From: Lingula anatina
Lineage: Eukaryota; Animalia; Brachiopoda
Length of the DNA stretch: 64,000 nt
Assembly: GCA_051362555.1 (NCBI GenBank)
Contig: CM120642.1
Span: forward strand, 31,868,001 to 31,932,000
Direction: 5' to 3'
Positions 24,520 to 37,262 of the stretch are shown here, piece after piece. Both the position numbers and the translations under genes were made by a program. The notes under the pieces are model-generated. The model saw only the letters and a program-made list of their open reading frames with translations. It was not told the origin of the DNA and did not search any database. How positions within the stretch are numbered: the stretch's first letter is position 1; each line of letters starts with the position of its first letter.

Positions 24520-26529
24520 TTAACCAGAGCAACGCCTTCTGCAGACCCTTTTCCTGTAAACTAAACTGAAAAGTCCGTAGCATCTTCTCACTTGAAAGCA
24601 CCTCCTGCTTTTACAGAGCCCATAGCGACCGTTTTTCAAACATTTTGCTTTGTATTTCCCAATGCTGACATAGTATCTGTAGAAAACGCTACCTCGGTAG
24701 TAACTGGGGCGCAGGCGTCCACAAGTTTGAAGACTTCCTCTCTTAGCGGTATATAGATTGCCGCATCGTTTTTTAACTCGGAAGGATCTCGGGTAGTTGC
24801 GGCATACCATCTTACAAGCTGAAAGGAAATGTTTATATTATAAATTAATGTTTTTTAACTTAAATCATAGAAGACAAGCAATCAGTTGGCAGTATGCACA
24901 ATGACGGTTATACATGTAGCAGAAATAAAATATTCCGCCAGGTAAATCTATCAAAAATTTCCTCAAAGCTATGCACCCTTTTTGGAAGCTGTCTACAATA
25001 GTTTCTTTGCTCAAATGTTAAAGATGGGAGAAGTTTTGAATGGAGATGTAAGTAAGGGTTATAGTAAAATGCGTTATCCGTCTCAGATAATTGAAGGAAC
25101 TCGATCTAGTAGTTGGGAGCGGTATCACAGTGCAAGGGCAGGGTGGGGACCGAGAGGGAAAGGGGAGAGAATATCCTCTGATGTGACAGGGTACTCAAGT
25201 AAAGTACAGTACATAAAACTGAAGAAGAGAAGTCGATTCAACATTTTGTAGGAGGCAACTTCTAGCGCCCCTTGTAGTCATAGGGTAGGGAGAGAAAAGA
25301 ACCTCTTCTGCGCGGCACATGATCCATTTTGTTAAATACAAGGACTGTGAAATGAGATTTTAAAAAAATCCAGCGCTACCTCTTCGGGTGTCCACATCGA
25401 CTGACGGGTCGGAGAGATCTGATAATTCGCCGTCACCCTCTTCCCATATGCCGTCGTCTTCTTCATCATCTCCATAGTTCCCTTCTTCGTCCTCTTCGTC
25501 CTCTTCGTCGAGAAATTCGTCACCTTCATCACCTCGAGCTCCGTCATTTATGCCATCAAGCTCTGTAAAAAATGAGGCCCTGTTACACATAGAGACACTA
25601 TTAGGCCCTCTTATCTTTTATTCGTGTTAGCTACAGTTAGATACCTACCATGTACCTAGCCACCATGAAATCAAGTTTATTTTTACTTGTATGAATTATA
25701 TGAAGGAATGCGTACTTCAGAAAGGATACGCCTCATAGACATAGGCCTAATACAATATGAATACCATCAACTCCCCTGAGCATTTTGATTTATAACGGTG
25801 TATGATTATTATTCCTCTTGAACGGATCTTATTGTATGTATTAGCGAAAAAATTAGAAGTCTGTTTGATGAATTACAAATCATTTACGTTTGACAACGTA
25901 CAGTTGAGCTGCTTTGAGCATGGTGTTCCCAAACCTTTTACAGAGAGTCAGTAAAAAAAACTTGGTTTATTTCAATCCACTTCTCTCATCTATCATAGAC
26001 ATTGGGTAAGAAAACTTTCCTATAAGAAATACCAGTAAAGCATTCTTCTGAGGAAAAAATACTGTATCCTGTTTTTATTGCAAGCCAACCTTACTTGTAT
26101 TCATGCAGTAACTGGCTGAGTTTAACAAGAAGCTTCTGTTAGCCCCTAGCAAAGAAATAGAAGCTCGGGATTTTTAACAAACTCTTTTTACAAACTTTAA
26201 AAACATTGTTTAAAAACAAGTCATGGGGGACAGTAAACCTTGTAAATAATAGAAAATCTCAATATATGGGCATTAAACGAGCTTGATGATATTTTTATTC
26301 CACATGAACATCAATACAAAATCTCACCATCATCTCTCCAATCCTTGTCAACCTCTTCCGAGGCTTCTTCATCAGAATCACTGCTTAAACGCGTGAGAAG
26401 ATCTTTCAAAGCTTGGACACTTTCCAACCCGCCCGTCTTCTCTGCCGCGGCGCCACCGTCGTCGTCTTCAGCGACTCCGCCACGGACGGCAAAGAGGCAT
26501 AACGCTACGACAAATAGGGAGATCTTCAT
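24520..26529 (-). CDS. Unrecognised secreted prepropeptide, 227 aa: signal, acidic propiece, RR, cationic 10-Cys peptide; exons 26529-26328, 25562-25380, 24818-24520
   Basis: Three separate track ORFs join via two phase-1 GT-AG introns (202+183+299=684 nt). Signal MKISLFVVALCLFAVRGGVA; second junction reads VDVDTRR|ACKMVCR. Confidence 0.82.
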
Positions 26530-26600
26530 AACGAGAGCCGAGGTGCAGTTGACGAAGTGAAAATAACGGAGAAAGACGCTCTACGCTGGTTCTACCGCTG

Positions 26601-26609
26601 TTTTATATA
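26601..26609 (-). promoter_or_regulatory. TATA box of the prepropeptide gene
   Basis: TATATAAAA on the minus strand about 70 nt upstream of the ATG at 26529. Confidence 0.6.
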
Positions 26610-26964
26610 CACTTGATTTTGAGCATCTGATTTATTGAAATGTTTTGACATTTTGGTGTTTACTCATGCACAAATCTATATTAATTTGTCAGTTAATTAT
26701 CATAACAACGTTACAGATTTACATAAGTCGTGACAGACCGGAGTTTGCGGGTGGATACCTATTATTCTTCCACTGTCCTCTGCTATTTTGAGGTCCGACA
26801 TGTGACAGGCTGCACATCTTATGATATTTATATTGTAACCTATAAAAAAGACGCCTAAATGATTCATGTAAGTCATTTGCATGTCGTTGATTTGTTATGA
26901 GAATGTCAGCATTTTTGGCGACTGTTAAAATGAGGTCGGTGCTAGACTTGTTTCCCTACGGTGA

Positions 26965-27123
26965 CAGTGCCGTAGCCTCCGGGGGGGCAGGGGGGGCAGC
27001 TGCCCCCCCTGGGATTTAGAATTTTCCACACTGGTAGGGGGACACCCCCTCCCCCCTCAGGGGCTTCGCCCCCTTGTGTCCGCTTACTGCCCCCCCTGGC
27101 ATTTTGCTCAGGCTACGGCCCTG
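26965..27123. mobile_element. hAT5-like GC-rich MITE
   Basis: TIR CAGTGCCGTAGCCT / AGGCTACGGCCCTG; flanks GGTGA / CGTGA (4 of 5 match). Confidence 0.7.
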
Positions 27124-29065
27124 CGTGACCTCCAGCGCCATAATTAGAACAGATTTATTGTTGTTTCTTCTTTTCTCTGAATTCATTCTTCACTTGAAAT
27201 TAACATATAAAAGACGAACACTAGTTCTATTAAAAAATGAGTCAATAGTTCACACGAGACCGACGCATAAAAGTGTCCGGTGCCATTTCGTAACAGAACC
27301 AGCAATTTTCAAGTCAAGAAGCTCAAAACAACAATACTCTATGATTTTTCATTATTCATTAAAGGTATACTATAAAGGGATAACACGTTTCAAAATATCC
27401 CAATGTTGTTCGTACATATCTTGCAAAGTTACTTATATCTTTCCCAAATCAGAACTTAAAACTATAAAACCCCACAAACTGAAGTATGCAGGCCTATATA
27501 CCTGATGCCGATGTTTCGTTTTGAAATGTACAGTAAAACATGACAGTCTACAGCTAAACTTTTGGTCAGACATCTAATGTACAACTAATCAAATATTTAT
27601 TAAGAATTTGAAATTGTACAAAACATCTAATTTTAGCGCATGGATTCGAGGAAAATTTGGCTCAAAATTTCCGGATGAAATTTCTTGATTTAAATATATG
27701 AAATAAGAATATTCTGAAGAAGCAATCGCAGTCGCGGCTAAGTCCTTTTTGAAAGCACTGACTGGAACTCGAGTTCATTGTCGTGGAAAGCGAAACTATG
27801 GCAACGGTCAATATGATTCTGATATTTTGGCAATTATTAAGTGCCCCTGCAGGTTTTGATAGTGCATATGGATAATAAGGTCACCTTTCGACCCTCTTTT
27901 GCAATTTGAAATATGTTTTTCTACATGAATAGGCCGAGTGAAAAAAAATGATTTTTAATCTATTCATTTTCCCGCTGTGCTCCTGTAGTAATACAGTAAT
28001 AACAAAGCTGTGGTTTACTGGTGAAGTCTTCTCATAAGGTGTCTGCTGTGATTTACGCCAAAACATAAATCAAACAAAATATTTTACAGGGTATGCGTAA
28101 TTATGGGAATGAATAAGTACTATAAATGCCTTCATATTGTGGTCTAGTCTAGAATTAGACTTAAAAATCGCCCTGGGTTGTGACCATTAGAGATTAAAAA
28201 CGATTGAAAAATCTCATTTTCCTTTATGACTTCACTGAAGAATTCGTTCTATTTGTGAGTCTTAACACGTTATCTTGTAAAATATGTGTGCTCTAAATAG
28301 AAACTTTTAGTTGAGGCTACGTTGTGTATCACTTGAAAAATTGTTTTAACTTGTTATTCTAGATATGTCAGAGGAGTTCGAAAATCTTCGTTGAGCATAC
28401 AGATTCAGGGGATGGGGGAGGGGTCTCTTTACTTAAAGCAAACTGGTGGGATCATCCCCCATTTCCTTCGCAAAAAGAGAAAGCATACACTGAGGTCCAC
28501 AGAGGCAAAATATAACATATTACGCCCTTTTTAACAGTCTGGATCCATAAGATTCGTTCTTTAGGAAAACATTAATTTTTTCTTTTGCAATGAATGTGTC
28601 AGTAAATAAGATATATACTCAATATTTTGGTATCAGGAGAGAAAATGCAATACTAAGTCAATATAAAAGAGTCAGTCCAAGATCAACCGAATGATGTCAC
28701 AGGCGTCAAAATATTCAAATTAGGCACCCACGCTTGGACTAATAAGTCAAAGGTCGACCTCCGCCTACCTGAAAAGTGAATATCTAGAAAGCAAACCAGA
28801 TTAAATTGAACAAAAACACATATGATTTTTTAGATATGATTTTTATATGATTTTTTAGATTTTTTTACCTTCTTAATTCCACGTCTGAGGGTTCCTATTA
28901 ACAAACAGGACTTTTCTGCATTGATCCACGAAACAGTCTGAGAACACCTCATAACTAGATTTAAGATTTAATAAAGAAAAACACAGACAGCAATGTGTTG
29001 AACTTAAATACTTAGTAATTGTGGTAGGTGTGAAAGAGTTCTGAGCTCACAATGTGACAGAGAAA

Positions 29066-29132
29066 CCGGAAGTCCTGAACCTCGCTCTCAACAGCCAATC
29101 AGCAGTTGTTGGCACATGGTTTAAACTCGCGG
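29066..29132 (+). promoter_or_regulatory. KIF4 promoter with ETS, CCAAT (NF-Y) and CHR-like motifs
   Basis: CCGGAAGT 29066-29073, CCAAT 29095-29099, TTTAAA 29120-29125 then CTCGCGG; donor AAG|GTAAGA near 29196 suggests a non-coding first exon. CCAAT+CHR is typical of G2/M genes. Confidence 0.5.
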
Positions 29133-29639
29133 GTTGTTACTACTTGGGTTTGCTGTATGATAACAAATGATAAATTTATAGCTGATATACTGTAAGGTAA
29201 GAGAACTGGCAAGCACACTTGAAATATTTTGAATTTTAAGTCGACTAGTCTGACCTGTAACTCGTGAGTGTGACGAAAGACGTGAAGTTTTTCATGATTT
29301 AGAAACTTGGCAAGTACTATATTTGATTGTTGATGTCAGCAACACTGAAATTAACACGATTTTGTTTAAGAAAAAAATGTTTGAAAAGAAAATGGCATTA
29401 GTTGTTTACGGTACTAGCATACGCACAACATCTTATTTTATTATTCAGAGGTGGGTCTCTGACATTATCGCATTCTAGCTTGAGAATAAAGTTGCCGCCT
29501 TGCACAAAGTTTCATATGTGTAAGTAACACAGTTTCCACTATTACTGTCTCAGATGTGTAATACATTATACAACTGACATTGTGCTAACCGTCATTGCCA
29601 CCTAACTGCAATATCAAATTTAGTTGTTATTATCCCAGG

Positions 29640-32600
29640 ATGTCCCAGGACAAGGTAATCCCAGTGAAGGTGGCCCTCCGTGCCAGACCACTGATCCCCA
29701 GGGAGACATCAGAAGGGTGTCAGCAGTGCCTGGAGTTCATACCAGGAGAACCACAAGTTGTGATAGGCACCAAGTCGTTTACTTATGACTTTGCGTTCTC
29801 CCCCAACACGTCCCAGGAGCTGGTTTATGACAAAGCAGTGGCAAACCTTGTGAAGGGGGTTTTCAAAGGTGAGTTAATCATGTTTGGTGGAAACATCTCA
29901 TCACAGCCTGGTTATCACTTGGTTTGGTCAGTTGAAAAATACACTGTATGTCACAGACAACATTGTCCAATTCAACTTTAAAAAATCCTAGTTGGTTTGT
30001 GAAAACAAGAGCTAAATATTCAAATTTTAAGATCCAAAACTTGCCTGGGAGCCTGAAACTGTCATTGTCATTATTTTATGATAAGTACACAAAAATAAAA
30101 TTTCATCATGCTTGAGATGCTATAACTTAATCATATTAAAAAATTGGCTGCCTATGTGCAGTCATAAACAGTAATATTCCTCTCTGGTGTGAGCCAAATT
30201 TCACATTTGTACACCAATCCAATACTGAGCAAAACTAGAGAAAATCTCATTTCTTGTCCACAATGGGTCTTGTGACGTTAACTCGGCTGTTTGTTATATC
30301 AGGATACAATGCCACAGTGCTGGCGTATGGCCAGACAGGCTCTGGTAAGACTTATACCATGGGGAGTGGATACAACATCTCCCTGGAGGAAGACGAGGAC
30401 CTGGCGGGCGTGATCCCCAGGGTGGTGAGACAGCTGTACAGAGGCATTCAGGAGAGGGAGGAGAGCCATACCTTTGTGGTTCGAGTCTCGTTTTTAGAGG
30501 TAATTGATTTTGTTTGAAAATATGTTAGGTGAAAAATAGATGAAACTGATGAACTGCTTTCGTGCTTGTACATTACTGGTGCACATTTACACTACATTTT
30601 TTGTGCCTACAAAATCCTTTTCTTGTGCGTAAACATTATTTAATGCATGTTTTAGGTGCCATGTTTATAAAGTTTCCAGTAACTGAATTCTGTTGTTTTT
30701 TGGTACTTTAAGATCTATAACGAAGACCTCCATGATCTGCTGTCAAGTAATAGCAGCAAGGATCTGGCCATTAGAGAAGACCCAGAAGGGGGGATTTTGG
30801 TAGGTGTTTGTACAAAAATATAAACATGCACACATCCTTTATATATTATACCTGGCCTTTGTTTATGCCAAAATATTTGCACTCAGCTAAAATACCAGCT
30901 TTGCATAGTTAAAAAAACTATGTTTGCAAAATTGACAAGTTGACAAATTTGCACAGTGGTTAAGATATTTTCCTATCTGGTCTACAACTTAATATAAATA
31001 GGTTGATTCCACAAAGATTGTTTGGTATACTTCTCCTTTTTCTTCAGTGGTACCAATCTCACAATATTTGGAGCATAATACAGCCTTGTATTGCATTCTC
31101 TGTCTGATATACAGTAAATACTTTAGTTATCACATCTGTATTCCAGATCCCTGGTCTGACGGAAACAGTCGTATCCTCCCCAGAGGACACCATCTTGTGT
31201 CTAGAACACGGCTCCACCCACAGAACCACCGGCGCCACCGCCATGAACGCCACCTCCAGTCGTTCCCACGCCATCTTCACCATCATGGTGGAACAACAAA
31301 GCCGAGAAGACAGCAACGACTTCATGAAGTCAAAATTCCATCTTGTGGACTTGGCTGGGTCAGAACGCTGCAAGAGGACCCAGGCGGAGGGGGGTCGTTT
31401 TAAGGAGGGGGTCAACATCAACCTGGGTCTCCTGGCCCTGGGTAATGTGATCAGTGCCCTAGGGGATGAGTCACAGAAGAGGAGTCATATCCCCTATAGG
31501 GACTCCAAGCTTACAAGGCTGCTGCAAGGTATTGATAGGGTCCTGCTAGCATAATTTTAAAATTGGATATTTTGATTCATCACCAAATGAACAATAGACT
31601 GGAGGAACTTTGTCCAATGTGTTTGACTTTCTGATCTCTAAGTAAACTTTCTTTTCCTATTAGAGTTTTATTGGAGGCAATTGAGAGAGACTGTGTGCCT
31701 GGCTCTTTTATTCATAATAATCGTTGATGTTTTTAAACAAGCCATAAATTATATTATTTCATCAAACTCAAACTTTTCCACCTTAAAATGATGAGTTGTC
31801 ATAAACAAAAAGTCAGTAAAAAAAAACTTAATGTCAAAACCTACAATTTAGCATTTCCTGCAGTTGGCAGTTAACTCTAATTTTCTTTTCTTTTTTTTTT
31901 CCAAACTATGGAAATGAAAGGCAGCCTGGGTCTCAGTTTCACAAAAATTTAAGTCCGTTCCCTGGCTTAGTTGACTAGGATTTCCATGAGATTGCTGTTA
32001 CACTGCTCCTGATAGGGCAAGATGTGACCATGTAACCTAGATAATTAGTTCTTAGCCTGGGAACCTGACTTAGTTTTTTTTTTTTTTTTTTTTTTTTGTG
32101 AAACTGGTGCTAGATAGAAAGAAGAAGAGCACCATTAAATTCTTTTCTGTTCTTTAGATTCTCTGGGTGGTAACAGTCACACTGTAATGATAGCCTGTGT
32201 CAGTCCCTCCGATTCCAACATGGAGGAGACCCTGAACACGCTGAGGTACGCAGACAGGGCCAGGAAGATTAAGAACAAACCCATTGTCAACAGAGACCCA
32301 CAAGCAGCAGAAATCTTGAGACTCAAAGGAGTGGTGAGTTGGGTTTTCAATACTAAACGTGCAAATGAACTTAAAAAGTCTGTGTGTCTTGTTGAAATTG
32401 TGATGACAGTTATGGATGCTTTCTACCCAGAATCAGCGCTGCAGCATAAGGGAAATATTGTCTGGTGCATGTATTTTATGTATCACAAATTTTTCCAAAG
32501 GGGATTAATTACAACATTCAGAGATTTTCTTTCAATTGATTAATGATGTTGTAAGCATGTATGAAAAGACTCCCTAGATTTGGTGTTTGTTTCCCCACAG

Positions 32601-35600
32601 GTTCAACAGCTGCAGGTTCAACTTATGCAGAATGGTGGAGTTCCTGGGTATGTAGCCCCGCACTCGGTTTATTAGTGTGTGAATGGTGTGAACCCTGCCA
32701 AATTAAAGCATGTTCAGCTATCAGAATACCTTATCAAGCTACTGTTACCTAGTCAGTGTGTGTGTTTATATAGAATGCATTACATTTTGCATTCACCTTG
32801 GGTAAATTATATGAAATGTTTTTAATTTTTTATTTTTCAGCAAATTTGAAGGGTCAATTGACATTAAAGCTTTAAAGGAAAGAATTAAAGAACTGGAGGT
32901 ATTTTTTGTGAATTTTACACGTTGTTATGCAGACTATTGTCATTACCATAATCAGCTGAATAAGTTGATAACACTAATAATCCAGAGGTTTTAATTGCTT
33001 TGCTGAGCCATCTAAAGATTTATAACTACAAGAAATGCACTTAAGATAGTGATTAGACCTACATTAACTAAGATTATTCAGCAGTGATGAATGCATTTTA
33101 AAACATTTTTCTGGCCTGGCTTCAAACTCTTCTATTTGCTGTGGGACCAGTGGCTCTTATAATAGACTGATGATTTATGCACATCTTTAATTAAACTTGC
33201 ATCATTAATATTTCCTTATGCGTCTTTAATTCTTATTTCACCAGGAGGAAAATCATAAACTCAGCAAAGAGTTGGAATCGGCTGTGGATAATAGTACAGG
33301 GCTTTGTGAGAAGATAATAAAGACTGAGCTGGCCAGGGACAGGTTGAAGGAAAGACTGAGGGACCTCAGGCAGCAAGCAGGGTGAGAAAGAGGCTTCAAT
33401 TCTTTATGATATCTGGTTTTATTTGTGACTCTGATGAACTAATAAAAAAGAATTGATGAATAAGATGGTAAAACCCAGTCAGTGTTAAACTGATGAAGAG
33501 AAAATAAGAATTGTGTCTGTTACTAATACTATGTCATGATAACTTTTTATTCTATTATTTTTTAACAGTTAATCACAGTTAATTCCAATTCTCATGGTAT
33601 GTTATTTGATGACCTTGAGAGTAACGATGAACAGTTTCATTTTTTCATAATCATTTATCAAATTTAATTAAATTTTTTTAGGCTCACTCTCAACATCACA
33701 CAGGAGCTGGAAATCAGTGGGGAATTAAAAGATAAGGTGGATGCCATGAAAGATTTAAGCAGAAAGATACAGGAATTCCCTGTAAGTACTGGATATGAGG
33801 TGGTTTCCTTGGGTAAGATCTTGTTTATTGCAGGTGTTTATTTTGATAATGGTGAATTATATGGTGAAGTACAGTGTATCATCAGCATAAATTGTCATTT
33901 AATTATTTCTCCAACTTTATTATTTAAAGGAAGAAGAACATGAATTGAGCACTATAGAAGAAGAGACCAAAACAGTAAGTATCTGAGTTATTTGTGCTAA
34001 AATTCTGTTATAAACAATGTAATTTTTAAATTCATGAAAAGTGCCTGGTTTTAATATGACAAAACTTCTCTTTATTTGTGGGTCCTAATTTTAACACACT
34101 TTTTCCTTCCTCCCCCACAGGAGAGCTCTGGCTCTTCTCCTGTCCCAGATGAGTTTGATGCCAAGCACGCCCTGTGTCAGGCCAAGCTGAGTAAAGAGCT
34201 GCAGGAGCTGAACAGGCTGATCAACTTGAAGCAGGACCTGGCGTCTCAGCTCTCTGAGAATGACGGCCGTCTGGATAACATGAGAGTGGAATATGAGGTG
34301 AGGTTTGAAATAGAATTTAATGAAGGTCTCTTTTATGTGTTGATTAGTTTTCCTATCTTCATAAAACATTTGATTATTTGAATAAAAAATGAGAGGCATA
34401 TGGGACAAGTTGTTAGATCTAATTTAAATTCTCTATAGCAATGATTTTGTTTCTTGGCTTTAATAAAATGATTTGCCCTTTATACCCAATGCTAACAATG
34501 TATTCAAATTTCTGGTCATTCGCCTTAAACAATACTAAGATGTTTTGACTGTGGCTTATTTTAACCATTTTATATTCATCATTCAAGAAGCTTGATCTGA
34601 ATAAAAAAAAATAATCACCTTTCGTATGTAATCAGAAATTTATTGTCTCAAAGGAACACCAGTATTAAAGAAAAGTTGGGGTTTGTTTTCAGAAAAATGT
34701 GAAAGAGCTAGAGAGCCAGCTGGAGAACCTGATGAAGGAGAAGGAACAACTGCAGGCTGCCCTGGACTCGGCCAAAGCTCAGACTAATGCCAACAAGTTA
34801 GTGCACTTAATTATTATGAAAGACAAGACTGTGAAGTTTCATAAACCAGGGATAAGCTTTTTTTCCGGCCATCAACAGATTTCCAACTTTTTCTGAGCCA
34901 AATATATCATAGCGCTAGACAGCACCCTGGACCTCATGTCATATTTTTTTATTTATTCACTAAATGGCAGTCTCTCCCTGACCTATTGACATCATTTTGT
35001 GTTGACATTTACTTTGTTTAACAGCATCTTATTGGCATGGATTATATTCATTTATTATTAGTATCATTATTTTTTTGGCTTTGATAGTTGAATTTATATC
35101 AGTGCTTACATATTCTTCTTTTTCCCCCTAATAATTGGATTTGATTTGTTTTTATTTTTTTTATTTTTGACATAATTTAGCACATTCAGTGTCTTAGAAA
35201 CTGTTTAAAAAACTGCTGAAGTTACAGCTATGCTCACTTTTGAATTTGAATTTATGTTTACTTTTCCCCCATCCCAGGATCTCGGAACAAAGAAGACAGA
35301 GATTAAAAGAGTTGGAGAAAGAGCTGGCAGCTAAGAAGAAGGAACTACTGGAGAAGAACAAGATTGTGAAAATGAAGGAAAGCACAGACAAGCAGGTCAC
35401 AAAGATGAACACTGACATACAGGTATGATGGAGTACTATTGTGTGCTATTGGATCATTGTGCGGCAATTTGTGCCATAAAATTTGTTTCAGTATAAATTT
35501 ATATCTGTAAATACATGGGTAAATTATTTCAGGGTTATGTCTGATTTCAGGTTTTCCAGTCTTCATTTTGATTTGCAATGAGAAATTACAAGCCGTGTTT

Positions 35601-37183
35601 TCATGGGTGAAAGTTTTGACAACTTTCACCCATGTAAATATGAATATGATGCAGTTAAACTGATCCCTATCTTATACTATAGTGGGATGAAAATGAGAAA
35701 GTTAGTTCTAAAAGTGTCACTCTCATGTTATAATTTGTTCTGTTCTTCACAGACAATGAAGCAGCAGCGCGTAAAGCTGATGAAGCAGATGAAGGAAGAG
35801 GCAGATAACTTCAGGAAGTGGAAGCAGAGTAAAGAGAAGGAAGTGATGCAGCTCAAGGCTAAGGTAAGGCTTGATTGCAATCAGTCATTGGGCTCATGGT
35901 ATCATAGTTAACTGTAGACATTACATATGCTGATTTGGAAGGAGAAAATTTAAATTGTTGATGGGGTTTAATGTTTTGATATAATATCTGCTTGTTCTGC
36001 TATAATCATTTCAGACGCTAGACAATGCATAGTTAATTTTTAGCCATATAATTCAAAATAAGTGAAAGGAAATATATTTAAAAGAAGTTCAGACTTAGAT
36101 ATACTATTGTTGCCACTTTGCCTATATTTCAAAGTATAACTACCCTGTCAAACTTGGAACCCAGTTATCAATTAAAAAAAATTCTTTCACCCTTAGGATC
36201 GTAAGAGAGAGTACGAAATGACCAAGATGGCCAGAAATCACGAGAAACAGCAGGGTGTGTTGAAGAGGAAGGCAGAAGAGGTAAAGTTAAATACACCGCG
36301 TCAGAATTTTGGTAGCTTAATACAAACTGTTAAATTAGGTTTATAAATGATGGGAGGGTAGGGCTGTAACCTTATCTTTCATTCATAGATTGAAGTATTG
36401 GATCAAAATTTTGTCATGTAAACTTCAAAGTATGTAGGGCAATTTGTCATCTTGATTAGTTTTCAGCATGTAAAAGTTTGATGTTTTCTTTTTTTTTTTA
36501 ACGTAGGTGAGATATCAGGTAAAGAATAATTCAAGTCATTTATTATTTGATTTTAATGTTTCACTCCAGATTTATCAGACATTTTTTTTTCCTTTTTTAA
36601 AAGTTTTATTTTATCAGAAAATTTTATGTAATGAAAATAGTGAAATTTACAAAACATCATTTACATTTCACTAAATGATGTCACTGTTAAGAGTCTGGAG
36701 CTATATGGCACTTGCACTATGTTGCTTTTCTCCATGTTGCTTTTCAGCTAAATAACCTTTCAGTATTTATTTTATTGTTGGTATTTTGCATTACTAAAAA
36801 TGTTTTGCTGCCTGTTTATACATATCCAGAACTGATGTGGGGATTACCTAGCTCTTCTTTGCATACTTTCATAAGTAAATTAAGACCACTTCGTATAAAC
36901 GTTGATGATAGGGTATTAATGTTAAGACTATAAAATAAATGAGATTTATAGAAACAGTGATAAATTTTCATTGGGCTAGAGCCCATTGCAGAGTGTCTCG
37001 ACCAATCTCATACTGTCAAAGTATTTCACTTGAACAGCTGAATCCTGACGTTGCCAAAAGTTTGTGTTTGCAGCTTATCAAGGCTTTGTTGTCTTTGACC
37101 AAAAATCCTTTCAATATCTAATTCATATCATACTCATATCTCTAGATGAATACTAGGCTTCTCTCACCTGAGGTGTAACCCGT

Positions 37184-37262
<79 letters not shown>

